Origin: a candidate division WOR-3 bacterium
GTDB taxonomy: Bacteria; Hydrothermota; Tepidihabitantia; Tepidihabitantales; Tepidihabitantaceae
NCBI GenBank assembly: GCA_037441285.1
Contig: JBBISL010000012.1
Location: forward strand, 1 to 57,576
Length of the DNA stretch: 57,576 bases
Direction of reading: 5' to 3'
Part shown: piece after piece, positions 37,765 through 48,265 of the stretch
How positions within the stretch are numbered: position 1 is the first letter of the stretch
Layout: every line of letters begins with the position of its first letter
Position numbers and translations under genes: made by a program
The notes under the pieces: model-generated
What the model was told of the DNA's origin: nothing
The model's database searches: none
What the model saw: the letters and a program-made list of their open reading frames with translations, nothing else

Positions 37765-38358
37765 ATGCGTTGTCCTCATTGCGGTGAACCGGTAAGACCC
37801 GGTCAGGAAACCTGTTTTGCCTGTGGCGAGAAGTTAAGGGCAAAACATTTTCGCCGGCAAAAAACCTTTGATATCCGGATTGTGATTTTCGGAGCGGCAC
37901 TGGTTGTTATCGGGTTAATCGGTTTTTGGGTGGTGCATTTGAGCGGTCAAAAAGCAACAGCCCAGAAGAGTAAAACCAAGTCCGTGCAGCAGGTTGGGGC
38001 GAAGCGGTCCCGCACACCGTTGTCAATTACCAGTAAGGTGCGGGATTCGGCACCGGATACGAGTAGATTGAGAACCGATGATGAAGAGGTGACCCGGGCA
38101 AAAGAGCAGCTGGAGCGGTTGAAGAAGCGCTACGAGACGGTCAAAAGTCAGGTTCTGGGTGAAAGCCCGACGCCCGAACAACAGGACCTGATGGCGCAGA
38201 TTGACCGGGGATTAAGCACATTTCAGCGCACGATATTTGAGTTGACCGGGTCCCTGAATTCGCAACGCCGGCAGGACCTGGAAAAAGAGATTGCCGAACA
38301 GCAGCGGGAAATCAACAACCTGATTTCTAAGTTTTCCCGGGCGCCCAAGAACCGTTAA
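37765..38358 (+). CDS. Zinc-ribbon, single-TM, coiled-coil hypothetical protein
   Basis: CPHCG...CFACG, then a TM helix and heptad-like C-terminus. Confidence 0.75.
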   Translation: MRCPHCGEPVRPGQETCFACGEKLRAKHFRRQKTFDIRIVIFGAALVVIGLIGFWVVHLSGQKATAQKSKTKSVQQVGAKRSRTPLSITSKVRDSAPDTSRLRTDDEEVTRAKEQLERLKKRYETVKSQVLGESPTPEQQDLMAQIDRGLSTFQRTIFELTGSLNSQRRQDLEKEIAEQQREINNLISKFSRAPKNR

Positions 38359-38858
38359 AAGGGTGCAAACCGGGCGTCTTCCCAGTAAGATTCCCGCAAC
38401 AGACTTAACTGCTTTTGCAGTGCCGCGGCGTGAGTTTCTTCCCAGCGGGCAAGAATCGTGAAGAAATTTTGTACTTCAGGGGTCGTAGTAGCGGATGCCA
38501 GATTACGGTAGCGCTGGATTGAAGCCTGCTCCAGAGCCAAGCCAACGGCAAGTGCGGTCATTTCCCAGTGCGCGGTGTTGAGCCGGGAGGTAAGTTCCGG
38601 AGAAAATATCGGGCTCGCCTGCTCCGGGTTGATACGCGAAGTTTCACTTAATGGTTCAAATCGGGAGTTTTTCATCAGGTTGCCGTACTGGTGTTTCAGG
38701 TAGTCCAGGTGTTTTCGCTCTTCATCGGCGAGCAGGGCAAAAACTTCTCTGCCCTGGACATCAGCGGTCTTTTCCGCGGCGGTGGTGTAAAACTCAATGC
38801 CCGCCATTTCGGTGAGCATCGCCTCTTTTAAACCGGCAAGTAGTTCCTCATTGGTCAT
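38355..38858 (-). CDS. Ferritin-like/rubrerythrin family protein
   Basis: E...FY, LADEERKH, LE..SI..Y, WEETH diiron motifs. Confidence 0.85.
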   Translation of the reverse strand: MTNEELLAGLKEAMLTEMAGIEFYTTAAEKTADVQGREVFALLADEERKHLDYLKHQYGNLMKNSRFEPLSETSRINPEQASPIFSPELTSRLNTAHWEMTALAVGLALEQASIQRYRNLASATTTPEVQNFFTILARWEETHAAALQKQLSLLRESYWEDARFAPF

Positions 38859-38895
38859 ACAGTTTAATAATAGTGGAGTTTGATATCACAATCAA

Positions 38896-39126
38896 CTATT
38901 GCCTGAGGAGTGAGTCCGGTTGGGTGAGGAGCAAATAGACCATTTTGAAGCGGGGCGGGTTAGTTAAAAATACGATGACGATGGCGAGGAGTAAAATCAG
39001 GGTTACGACCCAGAGCAGATTGATATTAAGCCGGCGCCGGCTCTGGGTCATTTCAACTCTTTTCAGCGCCTCAAGGATTTTTCGGGATTTTTCTTCGTCG
39101 CTTTCCGGCGGTAACGGTTTCATCAT
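38896..39126 (-). CDS. Small single-TM hypothetical protein
   Basis: 76 aa ORF filling the gap, one hydrophobic helix, -10 box 8 nt upstream. Confidence 0.6.
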   Translation of the reverse strand: MMKPLPPESDEEKSRKILEALKRVEMTQSRRRLNINLLWVVTLILLLAIVIVFLTNPPRFKMVYLLLTQPDSLLRQ

Positions 39127-39169
39127 TGCCCCGCAGTATAATTTTAGTTATAGTGTCTAATTATATAGT

Positions 39170-41635
39170 ATGAAAAGAATTTTGACAACCTTAATTGTTT
39201 GCACTGTTGCGGTGGTGGGCTTTGCCCAGCAGCGCGGTGCGCTGAGTTCCTTACCAAGAACCGGTGTGATTACCGGTCAGGTAGTTGATGCTGAACAGGC
39301 AACACCGATTGAGTACGCCAATGTGGTGCTGTACCGGATGCGCGACACAACCCGGCGGCGTAGCGCCGGTTTTGACACCAGTCGGGTGATAACGGGCACG
39401 GTTACCGATGTTCAGGGGAGGTTTGTGTTGCGCGAACTGCCACCGGGCAACTTCTATCTTGAGATTTCGTTTATCGGGTACAAGACCCGGCGGGTGGAAA
39501 ACATCCGCCTTGCGCCCGATAATAGACTGGACCTGGGGCGGTTGATGATTGAGCCGGCGGTAATCTCAATGCCCGGTGCCGAGGTAACAGCCGAGAAGCC
39601 AAGAATTGAATACAAGATTGACAAGAAGATAATCAATGTGGCACAGGACCCGGCGCTGCAGTCCGGAACCGCGGTTGATGCCCTGGAAAAGGCGCCGGCG
39701 GTGAAGGTTGATATTGAAGGGAATGTGACGCTGCGCGGGCTTTCGAGTTTCACGGTTTTGATTGATGGCAAGCCATCGCCAATTGAAGGCAGTGAGGCGC
39801 TGCAGCAAATTCCGGCGGGAACAATTGACCGGATTGAGATTGTCACTAACCCTTCGGTAAAGTATGACCCGGAAGGCAAGGCTGGGATTATCAATGTGAT
39901 TTTGAAAAAACAACGCGCAAAGGGACTCAGCGGGGTTTTGAATCTGAACGCGGGGACCAATTCCAGTTATGGCGGTAATTTGCTTCTCACCCTGCGCCAG
40001 GGCATCGCCACTTTTTATCTTGGTCCCAATTTTAACCAGATGAACTTTCCGGGCGAGAGGGTGGTTGAGCGCTGGGTAAAAAGGGCAGACACCACCTACT
40101 ATAGCAACTCCACAGGCACGATGAACTTTAACCGCCAGTTTTACGGGGTTCGGCTTGGTGCTGACCTGCAACCAAATGTTAACAATTACTTAAGCCTTGG
40201 CACCCGGCTGGGAGGAATGGGCGGAACGCGCTCCCAAAAGGCAGATTACAAGGAGTGGCAGTCGGGCTCGACCGATACCTTTAAGTACCAGGGAGGAACA
40301 TCTTCGACGGACAAACACCCCCAGGTGTCGGCTTATTTAGAGGCAAGCCACAGCTTTGGGGAAAAGGACCACAAGGCGACTTTTAGGTTGAATTACAGCG
40401 GTAACTGGCGCAATGGCTCGGACCAAACTGAAAACCGTATTGGCGACAGCGTTTTCAGCGGCAAGAGGACAACCGATGACCGCCAGGGCAACCGTTTAGA
40501 CCTGAAACTGGATTACAGTTTGCCGTTGCGCGAAAAGGACCGGCTGGAAGCGGGTTATGAAGCGCGTTTGCGCCGGATGAGCCAGAAGACCACATTCGCC
40601 CAGTTTGACACTTTGACCGGCAATTATGAGTCACTGGCGGAGTACAGCCATACAACAAAGCAGATAGACGATGCCCAGGCGCTTTACTCCAGTTACACCT
40701 TTAACTGGCACGCCCTGGGTGCGATGCTGGGCGTACGCACCGAGTTCACGGGCAGAAGTATAACCATTGACACAACGAGGATGGTGCCGGTCAACCGCTG
40801 GGATTTTTTCCCCAGTGCCCATCTTTCGTACAGTTTTCCATTAGAACAGCAGGTAATGGCGAGTTATACCCGGAGGATTGAGCGTCCCCGGGGCTGGGAT
40901 TTGACACCGGAAACAACCTGGATGGATGCCAACAATGTGCGCACCGGCAATCCCAATCTTTTGCCCGAATTTATCGATTCATATGAGACGGGGCTGGTAT
41001 TGCCTTTCGGGAAACAGCGTATCTCTCTTGATGGTTATTATCGGGTGACCCACAATGTGATTGACCGGTTCCAGCGGGTCTGGCAGGGTCAGGTGATGCT
41101 CAACACGGTGGAAAATATTGGGACGGAGTATGCGCTCGGTTCCGAGTTCAACCTTGATTTGGTGCCCTTTTCCTTTTTAAACATCAGTTTAACCGGTGAT
41201 GTGTACAACCACCGGCTTAAAACTGAGCTGCCCGAAGCGCGCAACACTCAGGGCTTTAACTGGGAGGGCGGGATAACTACCGATTTAACCCTACCAACGA
41301 TGACCCGACTTCAGTTCTCAGTTCACTACGAAAGCCCGAGTGCGACGGCGCAGGGAACCGAGGCGGGACGTATCTGGACCAGTGCCGGGTTGCGGCAGGC
41401 GCTGTTCGATCGGCAACTTATGTTGACGCTCTCGGTGCGAGACATCTTTGCCCAGTCGTTCCACGAAAGCGAGAATCAGGGGGAAGATTTCTACTCCTAT
41501 TACCGGTTTAGCCGGCGGGGACCAACGGTCTGGTTCGGCTTAACCTGGAACTTCAACAACTACAAACCGGAAAGACGGCAGCAGAACAACAATAACGGGG
41601 ATGATGATTTTGTCCGTCCTTACGACGAGTACTGA
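39170..41635 (+). CDS. TonB-dependent receptor / outer-membrane beta-barrel with carboxypeptidase-regulatory-like N-domain
   Basis: ITGQVVD, ISFIGY, plug IDRIEIVTNPS.KYD.EG.AGIIN, GNPNLLPE, C-terminal LTWNF. Confidence 0.88.
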   Translation: MKRILTTLIVCTVAVVGFAQQRGALSSLPRTGVITGQVVDAEQATPIEYANVVLYRMRDTTRRRSAGFDTSRVITGTVTDVQGRFVLRELPPGNFYLEISFIGYKTRRVENIRLAPDNRLDLGRLMIEPAVISMPGAEVTAEKPRIEYKIDKKIINVAQDPALQSGTAVDALEKAPAVKVDIEGNVTLRGLSSFTVLIDGKPSPIEGSEALQQIPAGTIDRIEIVTNPSVKYDPEGKAGIINVILKKQRAKGLSGVLNLNAGTNSSYGGNLLLTLRQGIATFYLGPNFNQMNFPGERVVERWVKRADTTYYSNSTGTMNFNRQFYGVRLGADLQPNVNNYLSLGTRLGGMGGTRSQKADYKEWQSGSTDTFKYQGGTSSTDKHPQVSAYLEASHSFGEKDHKATFRLNYSGNWRNGSDQTENRIGDSVFSGKRTTDDRQGNRLDLKLDYSLPLREKDRLEAGYEARLRRMSQKTTFAQFDTLTGNYESLAEYSHTTKQIDDAQALYSSYTFNWHALGAMLGVRTEFTGRSITIDTTRMVPVNRWDFFPSAHLSYSFPLEQQVMASYTRRIERPRGWDLTPETTWMDANNVRTGNPNLLPEFIDSYETGLVLPFGKQRISLDGYYRVTHNVIDRFQRVWQGQVMLNTVENIGTEYALGSEFNLDLVPFSFLNISLTGDVYNHRLKTELPEARNTQGFNWEGGITTDLTLPTMTRLQFSVHYESPSATAQGTEAGRIWTSAGLRQALFDRQLMLTLSVRDIFAQSFHESENQGEDFYSYYRFSRRGPTVWFGLTWNFNNYKPERRQQNNNNGDDDFVRPYDEY

Positions 41636-41653
41636 GCACGCCGGTCCCCGGTT

Positions 41654-42274
41654 TTAATCGGGAAAATTCAATTCGTTGAGGAGCCGGTTAATCGTTTCCG
41701 GAGCAAAGCCGCGGCGGGCAAGGAGTCCGGCAAGGCGCCGCTTTTTTGTCAATGGGTCAAGTTTCTGATAACGGGGCAGGAAGTGCTCTAACACCATCTG
41801 TGCTGCCGTAGTTTCATCCGGGGCTGTGGCAAGGGCGCGGTTAATCAGTTGTTTTGCTATTCCAATTCGGGTTAGTTCCTGCTTGATTCGCCACTTGCCT
41901 TTGTGCCCGATGGTAATGCGGTCCTGGACATAGCGTTGCGCCAGTTTTTCGTCATCAACCAGCCCGGTTTCCTTAAAGTTTTTCAGAACCGCTTCAATTA
42001 CCGCCGGAGTCCAGCCTTTCTTTTCCAGCCTTTCCCGGAGTTCTTTTTCGGACCTTGCCCGGTAGGAGAGTAGAAGCAGGGCGTGCTCCCGGCATTTGCG
42101 GAGTTGTTCGGCGAGGATGGCATCTTCAAGGAGCCGGGCATCAACCCGTGTTCCTTCTTTGAGCCGGAACTGCTTTACCGTTTCCCGGTCAAGGGAAAAG
42201 GCGAATTCGCCGTCAACGAATACCGAGACCTTTTTTTTACTTCTTCTTTGGGGCTTGAGCCCGGTTATCTTCAT
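41654..42274 (-). CDS. recX: Regulatory protein RecX
   Basis: [34 protein letters not shown]; downstream of recA. Confidence 0.9.
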   Translation of the reverse strand: MKITGLKPQRRSKKKVSVFVDGEFAFSLDRETVKQFRLKEGTRVDARLLEDAILAEQLRKCREHALLLLSYRARSEKELRERLEKKGWTPAVIEAVLKNFKETGLVDDEKLAQRYVQDRITIGHKGKWRIKQELTRIGIAKQLINRALATAPDETTAAQMVLEHFLPRYQKLDPLTKKRRLAGLLARRGFAPETINRLLNELNFPD

Positions 42275-43283
42275 CCCTGGACTTCGGACGGCCGAGTTTT
42301 AATTTCTCCCGCAGGGCGGCTTCGACTTTGGTGGTTACATCTTTATGGCTTTTAAGAAATTCAACCGCCGCATCTCTACCCTGGCCCAGTTTTGTGTTGC
42401 CATAGGTAAACCAGGCGCCGGATTTGTCGATGATACCCTGCTCAACGCCGATGTCAATCAGTTCACCTTCCCGGGAGATACCTTCACCGTAGATGATGTC
42501 AAATTCCGCCTCGCGGAAGGGCGGGGCGATTTTGTTTTTCACGACCCGGACTTTGGTGCGGGAGCCAATTACCTGTTCACCCTTTTTGAGTGCGGCGATA
42601 CGCCGGACATCAAGCCGGATTGTTGAGTAAAACTTCAACGCCAGACCGCCCGGTGTGGTTTCCGGATTGCCAAACATCACGCCAATCTTGTGGCGAATCT
42701 GGTTTGTAAAGATGGCACAGGTTCGGGATTTGTGGATGACACCCGCCAGTTTGCGTAACGCCTGGGACATCAACCGTGCCTGGACACCAACAAAGGCGTC
42801 GCCCATTTCGCCTTCAATTTCGGCACGGGGCACGAGTGCGGCAACGGAGTCGATGACAAACAGGTCCAGTCCACCAGAGCGGGTGAGGAGTTCGGCAATT
42901 TCCAGCGCCTGTTCGCCGGAATCGGGCTGGGAGACCAGAAGGTCTTTGAGGTTGACACCGAGTTTTTCGGCATACTTGGGGTCCAGGGCATGCTCGGCAT
43001 CAATGAAGGCGGCGGTACCACCCAATTTCTGACACTGGGCGATGATTTCAAGGGCAAGGGTCGTTTTACCGGAAGATTCCGGACCAAAAATCTCAACGAT
43101 GCGACCTTTGGGAACGCCACCCACCCCTAAGACCATATCCATCGCCAGCGAGCCGGTGGGGATAACATCAATGTCGATGACCGCGCCTTCTTCGCCCAGA
43201 CGCATCACCGCCCCTTTGCCAAACTGTTTTTCAATCTGACCGAGCGCACTGCTCAGCGCCTTAACCTTTTCTTCTTTTGCCAT
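42237..43283 (-). CDS. recA: Recombinase RecA
   Basis: [56 protein letters not shown]. Confidence 0.98.
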   Translation of the reverse strand: MAKEEKVKALSSALGQIEKQFGKGAVMRLGEEGAVIDIDVIPTGSLAMDMVLGVGGVPKGRIVEIFGPESSGKTTLALEIIAQCQKLGGTAAFIDAEHALDPKYAEKLGVNLKDLLVSQPDSGEQALEIAELLTRSGGLDLFVIDSVAALVPRAEIEGEMGDAFVGVQARLMSQALRKLAGVIHKSRTCAIFTNQIRHKIGVMFGNPETTPGGLALKFYSTIRLDVRRIAALKKGEQVIGSRTKVRVVKNKIAPPFREAEFDIIYGEGISREGELIDIGVEQGIIDKSGAWFTYGNTKLGQGRDAAVEFLKSHKDVTTKVEAALREKLKLGRPKSRDEDNRAQAPKKK

Positions 43284-43322
43284 AAAGCCTCCGGTGGTTT
43301 AATTTCATCTGATGTTTTGTCC

Positions 43323-43350
43323 AGTATAAAGATACCCTATGGCAAGTCAA
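43323..43350 (-). promoter_or_regulatory. recA promoter
   Basis: Minus strand TTGACT-16 nt-TATACT. Confidence 0.65.
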
Positions 43351-43783
43351 GGTTAATTTTATTTGCTGCCCGTAACGCTGTTTTTTCAAGGTCGTAGAGG
43401 ACAAAGCGGATTTTTTTTATCTTTCGGGCGTAATCGGGTGTGTCAATTTTCAGTACCTCCTCCAGTACCCGTGCCGCCTCTTCGGTGCGCTTGAAGTTGG
43501 CAATGAGGACATCGGCAAGGTTTTTCCGTTGCAGGCGGTCAAACCGGTCGTTTCGGCCCGGGTCCTGCTTACTGTTGCGGAACAGCACAACCGAACGGCG
43601 CAGGTTTGAGAACTCCCTGCCCAACCTGATGCGCAACTGCCGAATACGGTTTAAGAGCGCGGGTGCGTTTAATGTCAGGCGGGTGATATCTTCAATGACC
43701 TTTAACCCTTCGCTCAGCCGGTTGAGATTGGCATCGACAATCCTGCCCACGGCTGGCGACAGTTCAATTGCCCGTTTTGGCAT
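43337..43783 (-). CDS. Stand-alone ThiD2-like protein (N-terminal domain of cyanobacterial-type ThiE)
   Basis: RIVDANLNR..EGL.VIED..R, R....D.G, ANFKR.EEA.RVLEE, R..LY.LE. Confidence 0.8.
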   Translation of the reverse strand: MPKRAIELSPAVGRIVDANLNRLSEGLKVIEDITRLTLNAPALLNRIRQLRIRLGREFSNLRRSVVLFRNSKQDPGRNDRFDRLQRKNLADVLIANFKRTEEAARVLEEVLKIDTPDYARKIKKIRFVLYDLEKTALRAANKINLDLP

Positions 43784-43796
43784 CGGTTAGATTATA

Positions 43797-43827
43797 AGAA
43801 AATGCCCGGCGCATTCAACGCCGGGCA
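43797..43827 (-). terminator. Intrinsic terminator of the small Cys-rich gene; overlaps the promoter of 43783
   Basis: TGCCCGGCG-loop-CGCCGGGCA followed by TTTTCT on the minus strand. Confidence 0.65.
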
Positions 43828-43850
43828 CAGTGCCGTCCAATGGCTTTGAA

Positions 43851-44018
43851 TTAACTGCCGCCGCAGCAGGAACGGTGCGGTTTGTCCTCACCCTTTTTCT
43901 TCATCGGCTTGTCGCAGCAGACAATTACGCAGTCCTCTGCACAGCCGCACGGTTTGGACACGGTAACTTCAAGACCGCATTCGGTACAGTAGAGTATCTC
44001 ATCTTTTTTGTGACCCAT
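43851..44018 (-). CDS. 55-aa Cys-rich desulforedoxin-like metal-binding protein (absent from the ORF track)
   Basis: AAAGGAGG RBS, own promoter; MGHKKDEILYCTECGLEVTVSKPCGCAEDCVIVCCDKPMKKKGEDKPHRSCCGGS. Confidence 0.85.
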   Translation of the reverse strand: MGHKKDEILYCTECGLEVTVSKPCGCAEDCVIVCCDKPMKKKGEDKPHRSCCGGS

Positions 44019-44039
44019 AATGTCCTCCTTTATAAATCA

Positions 44040-44067
44040 ATTTTACCCACCGGTTGCCGGTTGTCAA
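44040..44067 (-). promoter_or_regulatory. sigma70-type promoter
   Basis: Minus strand TTGACA-16 nt-TAAAAT upstream of 44018. Confidence 0.7.
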
Positions 44068-44076
44068 AGATACCCT

Positions 44077-44913
44077 TTAAGGAAGCGTTGCCCAGATGTC
44101 AAGCCCAAGGTAATAGTCGGCAATACGGTCACCTTTTGACATTGATTTCAAAGGCAGGCTGAACTTGGGCCGGACCGTGAGCAAAGGCAGCGGCTGGTAC
44201 ATAAGGAGGAAGGTTAAATTAGCGCGGCTCAATTCGTTATTGGTAATCGGTGTACCATTGACCTTTTTGGGGTCCTGCCCGTAGCCGGTAAGCGCGACCT
44301 GAGGGGTGAGTTTCGGGATGACCGGAAAGTCCAACCCCGCCATATATTCAAACATATTGCCCAGTTTTGTTGTGTCGTTCGATTTGCCGTTGAGCCAGTA
44401 GGCGCCGCGCAGATGGGCAACGACAAACAGCAGTTTGGTGGTGTTGAAGGCGAGCGCAGCCGCGAAGTCGGTTGAGCCGTCACCGAGCGCGGGGGATGCG
44501 TCTTTGTCGCCGGTGGGAAGCGAGGCACCAAGGGACAGGGCGCCCTTGACCGGCAGGAGCGGAAACTGCAAAAAGCCGTAGCGGGCGATTACGAGCACAT
44601 CCCCGATACCGCTGTTAGAAAGTTCGCCAGACTTTTTACTTAAAATCGGCACAACCCCACCCAGTTCAATTTTGAAGGGCAGACCAACACTGGCAAGGAG
44701 GTCTGCAGACAAAACATCAAGGCTCGTGTCAACTTTGTTAAATTTGCTATTATTCCAATCGTACAACTGGTTGTTCTGATAATAGGTCAGTGTTGCCCAG
44801 GCAAGGACCTGGAACGGTTTGTTGACCGCGCCGGTGCGAATGATGAGCGGCGTTGCCTGGACCTCGGCGGTCAGAAAAAACAGGACAAGGACAGCCGGCT
44901 TTATCAGTTTCAT
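44077..44913 (-). CDS. Putative outer-membrane beta-barrel transporter (MetA-pathway-of-phenol-degradation-like)
   Basis: GGAGG RBS and ATG 44913; signal peptide; SGIGDV...RY, LPTGD...LGDG..D motifs. Confidence 0.7.
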   Translation of the reverse strand: MKLIKPAVLVLFFLTAEVQATPLIIRTGAVNKPFQVLAWATLTYYQNNQLYDWNNSKFNKVDTSLDVLSADLLASVGLPFKIELGGVVPILSKKSGELSNSGIGDVLVIARYGFLQFPLLPVKGALSLGASLPTGDKDASPALGDGSTDFAAALAFNTTKLLFVVAHLRGAYWLNGKSNDTTKLGNMFEYMAGLDFPVIPKLTPQVALTGYGQDPKKVNGTPITNNELSRANLTFLLMYQPLPLLTVRPKFSLPLKSMSKGDRIADYYLGLDIWATLP

Positions 44914-45011
44914 TTTTCCTCCTTTTGTTTTCGCAAACACTATACCTTTGATTGAGCAACTGGTCAACCTCTGCAATTTGACACCGAACGGTTCGTGTCT
45001 ATACTTTTTTT

Positions 45012-45701
45012 GTGCGTCGTTTGATTGTTCGGGCGGTGTTCATCCTGCCGGTTCTTATTTTAGCACAGGAGCCAGAAGGGTGGCTGGTGCCGTTTGGCTG
45101 TGCTTTTCAGCCGGACATCGCCGATTTCAATAACGCCTTTGTCCAGAGAGGTCTGCCCGCAGCACAGGAGCGCCATTTGGGTTGGGGGGTAGAGTTAAGG
45201 TCGGGTATCGGTGCCGGTTTTCTTGCCGGACCGATGTTTTTCCGCACCTATAACGATGTGGAGAACGACCGGTTTCATCTGCGCACCGAGCACACCGGTA
45301 TTATGGCAGAACTCGGTTATAAACTGCCGCTGTTTAAGTTCCTTACCATCGTACCGCTCATCGGGCTGGGTGGGGTTCAGCCCGGCTTTCACATCCGGGA
45401 AAAGACCGGTGAGATTTCCCTTGATTCGCTTTTGCAGGCACCGGGTAACACCGCGGTTCTCTCGCCCGGGATGAAAATCACCGGTCTTGGTGCCTTAGAA
45501 CTCCATCTGCTGGTGCCGACCAATACCGGCAGTTACGGTCTTGCCCTGCGTGGTGGTTATCTCTACTCACCTTTTCGTCTGACCTGGCACCTTGCCAACG
45601 GGTCGCGGATTACCGGCACACCGGACACAAAGATTCAGGGGTTCTGGTTTTCGGTCGGCATCACTTTGATTCCGGCACCAGAGGTTGCGACGACAGAATG
45701 A
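45012..45701 (+). CDS. Hypothetical secreted or outer-membrane beta-strand protein
   Basis: Signal peptide, alternating beta strands, LRGGY, FSVGITL; TTGACA-16-TATACT promoter 6 nt upstream. Confidence 0.65.
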   Translation: MRRLIVRAVFILPVLILAQEPEGWLVPFGCAFQPDIADFNNAFVQRGLPAAQERHLGWGVELRSGIGAGFLAGPMFFRTYNDVENDRFHLRTEHTGIMAELGYKLPLFKFLTIVPLIGLGGVQPGFHIREKTGEISLDSLLQAPGNTAVLSPGMKITGLGALELHLLVPTNTGSYGLALRGGYLYSPFRLTWHLANGSRITGTPDTKIQGFWFSVGITLIPAPEVATTE

Positions 45702-46507
45702 GACGCCGGTTGTTTTTTATTGGCGGTATAGCGATTTTTGCCCTGACCTGTGTTCTTACCTATCGGCTGGAACTACCCCAGTTGCGGACCAAGCCGGCGC
45801 GCCTGGTGTCGGTGCTAAATGTCACCAGCCACAACGGCGCGGTAACGGCAAACACAACTACTGATACTATTGTTTCGGTGTTAATAACCCGCTACGCCTA
45901 TGGCAGAGACAGTAGCGATGCCCGAAGGCGTGTGGAGCAGGTTGTCATTACCGATACTCTGGTTGCGGGTAACTGGACGCTTAATGCGGAAATTCCGGCT
46001 GCGAATCAGCCCATCGGCGCGGTTTTTGATATTGATGCCCCACGCACCGTAAATTTGAACCTCACCACCACCAACGGTAAGATTACGGTGAACGGTTTTG
46101 AAGCCGATGTGACGGTTAACACAACTAATAGCCCGGTGGTTTTCACCGGTACAAAAGGTGACGGCACAATCACCACGACCAACGGCAAGGTTACGGTTCA
46201 GGTTCATTCCGGGGCGATGGCCGTTCAGACATCAAACGGCGAAATTGAGTGTGATATCGCCGAACTGCCCGCGACCAGGGCGGTGCAACTGACAACCACC
46301 AATGGTAAGGTTACGCTGCGGCTGCCACCTGATGTGTCGGCGCTGGTTACGGCAACGACCACAAACGGTACAGTAGTGGTCACCGGTTATCAGGTGCAGT
46401 ATCTGGAACAGAGTAGAAGCCGTATCCGGGCAAAGATTGGCTCGGGCGCTTCAACAATCAACATCAATACAACCAACGGCGACATTTTAATTCAGTCCCG
46501 TTATTGA
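45698..46507 (+). CDS. DUF4097/putative adhesin beta-strand repeat protein
   Basis: Repeated TTNGKI/V motifs; ATGA coupling. Confidence 0.85.
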   Translation: MRRRLFFIGGIAIFALTCVLTYRLELPQLRTKPARLVSVLNVTSHNGAVTANTTTDTIVSVLITRYAYGRDSSDARRRVEQVVITDTLVAGNWTLNAEIPAANQPIGAVFDIDAPRTVNLNLTTTNGKITVNGFEADVTVNTTNSPVVFTGTKGDGTITTTNGKVTVQVHSGAMAVQTSNGEIECDIAELPATRAVQLTTTNGKVTLRLPPDVSALVTATTTNGTVVVTGYQVQYLEQSRSRIRAKIGSGASTININTTNGDILIQSRY

Positions 46508-46522
46508 ACAAAGGAGGAAAAA

Positions 46523-46861
46523 ATGGCAGAAGAGAAAGGTCGGGTAAGCCATCTGACCGATGAAAATTTTGACACCGAAATCAACAACTCGACCATTCCG
46601 GTAATGGTGGACTTCTGGGCACCCTGGTGTGGTCCCTGCCGGATGCTGGCACCGATTCTTGAGAAGATTGCGGTGCGGTTTGAAGGGAAATTAAAGCTGG
46701 CAAAGGTCAATGTGGATGAGAACCCTAAAGTTGCGGGTAGATTTGGAATTATGAGCATTCCGACCCTGATACTGTTCAAGGGGGGCAAGGAGACCGAACG
46801 GATGGTCGGGGCAATGCCCGAAGGGATTCTCGCCGAAAAACTGACTCAGTTGCTGGGTTAA
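46523..46861 (+). CDS. trxA: Thioredoxin
   Basis: VDFWAPWCGPCR, SIPTLILFK. Confidence 0.96.
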   Translation: MAEEKGRVSHLTDENFDTEINNSTIPVMVDFWAPWCGPCRMLAPILEKIAVRFEGKLKLAKVNVDENPKVAGRFGIMSIPTLILFKGGKETERMVGAMPEGILAEKLTQLLG

Positions 46862-46867
46862 GGCGCA

Positions 46868-48265
46868 TTGTCCAATACCTGGTACCGGGTAATCTCCCGG
46901 ATAAAAGAGATTTGTCCTGGAGAGCGGGTTATAACCGACCCGGAAAAGCTGATTGACTATAGCCACGACGAGAGTCCGGAAAAGCCCCACCTGCCCGACC
47001 TGCTCGTGAAGCCGGTAACGGTTGACGAGATTAGTGAAATCATCAGGCTGGCACAGGAGGAGAAGATACCGGTAACACCGCGTGGTCTTGGCACCGGTCT
47101 GGCAGGTGGTGCGGTGCCAGTTCAGGGCGGTATTGTCCTGTCAACCGAACTGATGGATAAGGTGATTGAGGTGGACCCAATGAATTTGATGGTCCGGACG
47201 CAACCCGGGGTGAGAACCGTGCGGGTTCAGGAAGCCTGTGCCGAATTCAATCTTTACTATCCGGTGGACCCGGCATCGCTTGACGACTGCTCAATCGGCG
47301 GCAATGTGGCAACCAATGCCGGTGGGGCTCGGGCGTTCAAGTACGGCGTGACCGGCGACTATGTAACCGGAATACAAGCGGTGCTGGCAGACGGTAGCGT
47401 GCTCAACTACGGCGGGAAGTTAAGGAAAAATGTCACCGGGTATGACCTGAACAAAATCCTCATCGGCTCGGAAGGCACCTTAGGCATCATCACCGAAATT
47501 ACCTTCCGGCTCGTGCCCAAACCCCGTTATCAGGTTGACCTGTTAATCCCCTTTCCAAATTTGCAGCACGGGGTGGAGCTGGTGTTGAAACTGGTTCAGG
47601 AGAAGCGGTTTGTGCCGGCGGTGATTGAGTTCATTGAGAAAAAGGGGATAGAAGCCTGTGCCCGGGTGTTTCAGGAAAACCTGCCGTTTAAAGAGGCGGC
47701 GGTGCAGGTCCTGGTTGAAATTGAGGGCAGCGATAAGGAGATGGTGCTTGATGATGCGATTGGGGTGGCACAGATGGCAAAAACAATGGGCGGCGAGGAG
47801 CCGCTCATTGCCGACACTCACGCCAGTCAGGCAAGGCTCTGGAAAACCCGGCGCTCAATTGCCAAGACCCTGAAACAGGTTTATCCGGAGGTGATGGCAG
47901 AGGACATCGTGGTGCCGCTGGCGCGGTTGCCGGAAACGGTGGAGTTTATTACTCAACTGGAAAAGCGGTTTCAAACGGTCATCGTGCCTTTTGGTCACAT
48001 CGGCGATGGCAACATCCATGTTGATATCTGCCGGCAGGGAAACGACCGGGAGAACTGGCAGAAAACCTGCACCCGGATTGTTGACCGGTTGATTGAGTTT
48101 GTTGTGCAGGTTGGGGGACAGGTAACTGCGGAGCACGGCATCGGTTCGCTTAAAAGGCATCTTTTGAAAAAGGGGCTTTCCGAGGTTGAGATTGGGGTAA
48201 TGAAGGAGATAAAACGGGCGCTGGACCCGGATGGTCTCTTAAACCCCGGGAAAATCTTTCCCTGA
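46868..48265 (+). CDS. FAD-linked oxidase, GlcD/D-lactate dehydrogenase family
   Basis: RG.GTGLAGG, DPAS, GGNVATNAGG, GSEGTLG, GHIGDGNIH, EHGIG, LNPGK. Confidence 0.9.
   Translation: MSNTWYRVISRIKEICPGERVITDPEKLIDYSHDESPEKPHLPDLLVKPVTVDEISEIIRLAQEEKIPVTPRGLGTGLAGGAVPVQGGIVLSTELMDKVIEVDPMNLMVRTQPGVRTVRVQEACAEFNLYYPVDPASLDDCSIGGNVATNAGGARAFKYGVTGDYVTGIQAVLADGSVLNYGGKLRKNVTGYDLNKILIGSEGTLGIITEITFRLVPKPRYQVDLLIPFPNLQHGVELVLKLVQEKRFVPAVIEFIEKKGIEACARVFQENLPFKEAAVQVLVEIEGSDKEMVLDDAIGVAQMAKTMGGEEPLIADTHASQARLWKTRRSIAKTLKQVYPEVMAEDIVVPLARLPETVEFITQLEKRFQTVIVPFGHIGDGNIHVDICRQGNDRENWQKTCTRIVDRLIEFVVQVGGQVTAEHGIGSLKRHLLKKGLSEVEIGVMKEIKRALDPDGLLNPGKIFP

Noticed and set aside
43830..44162. 110-aa plus-strand ORF
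   Set aside because: Antisense shadow of the 55-aa Cys-rich gene, which has an RBS, promoter and terminator.
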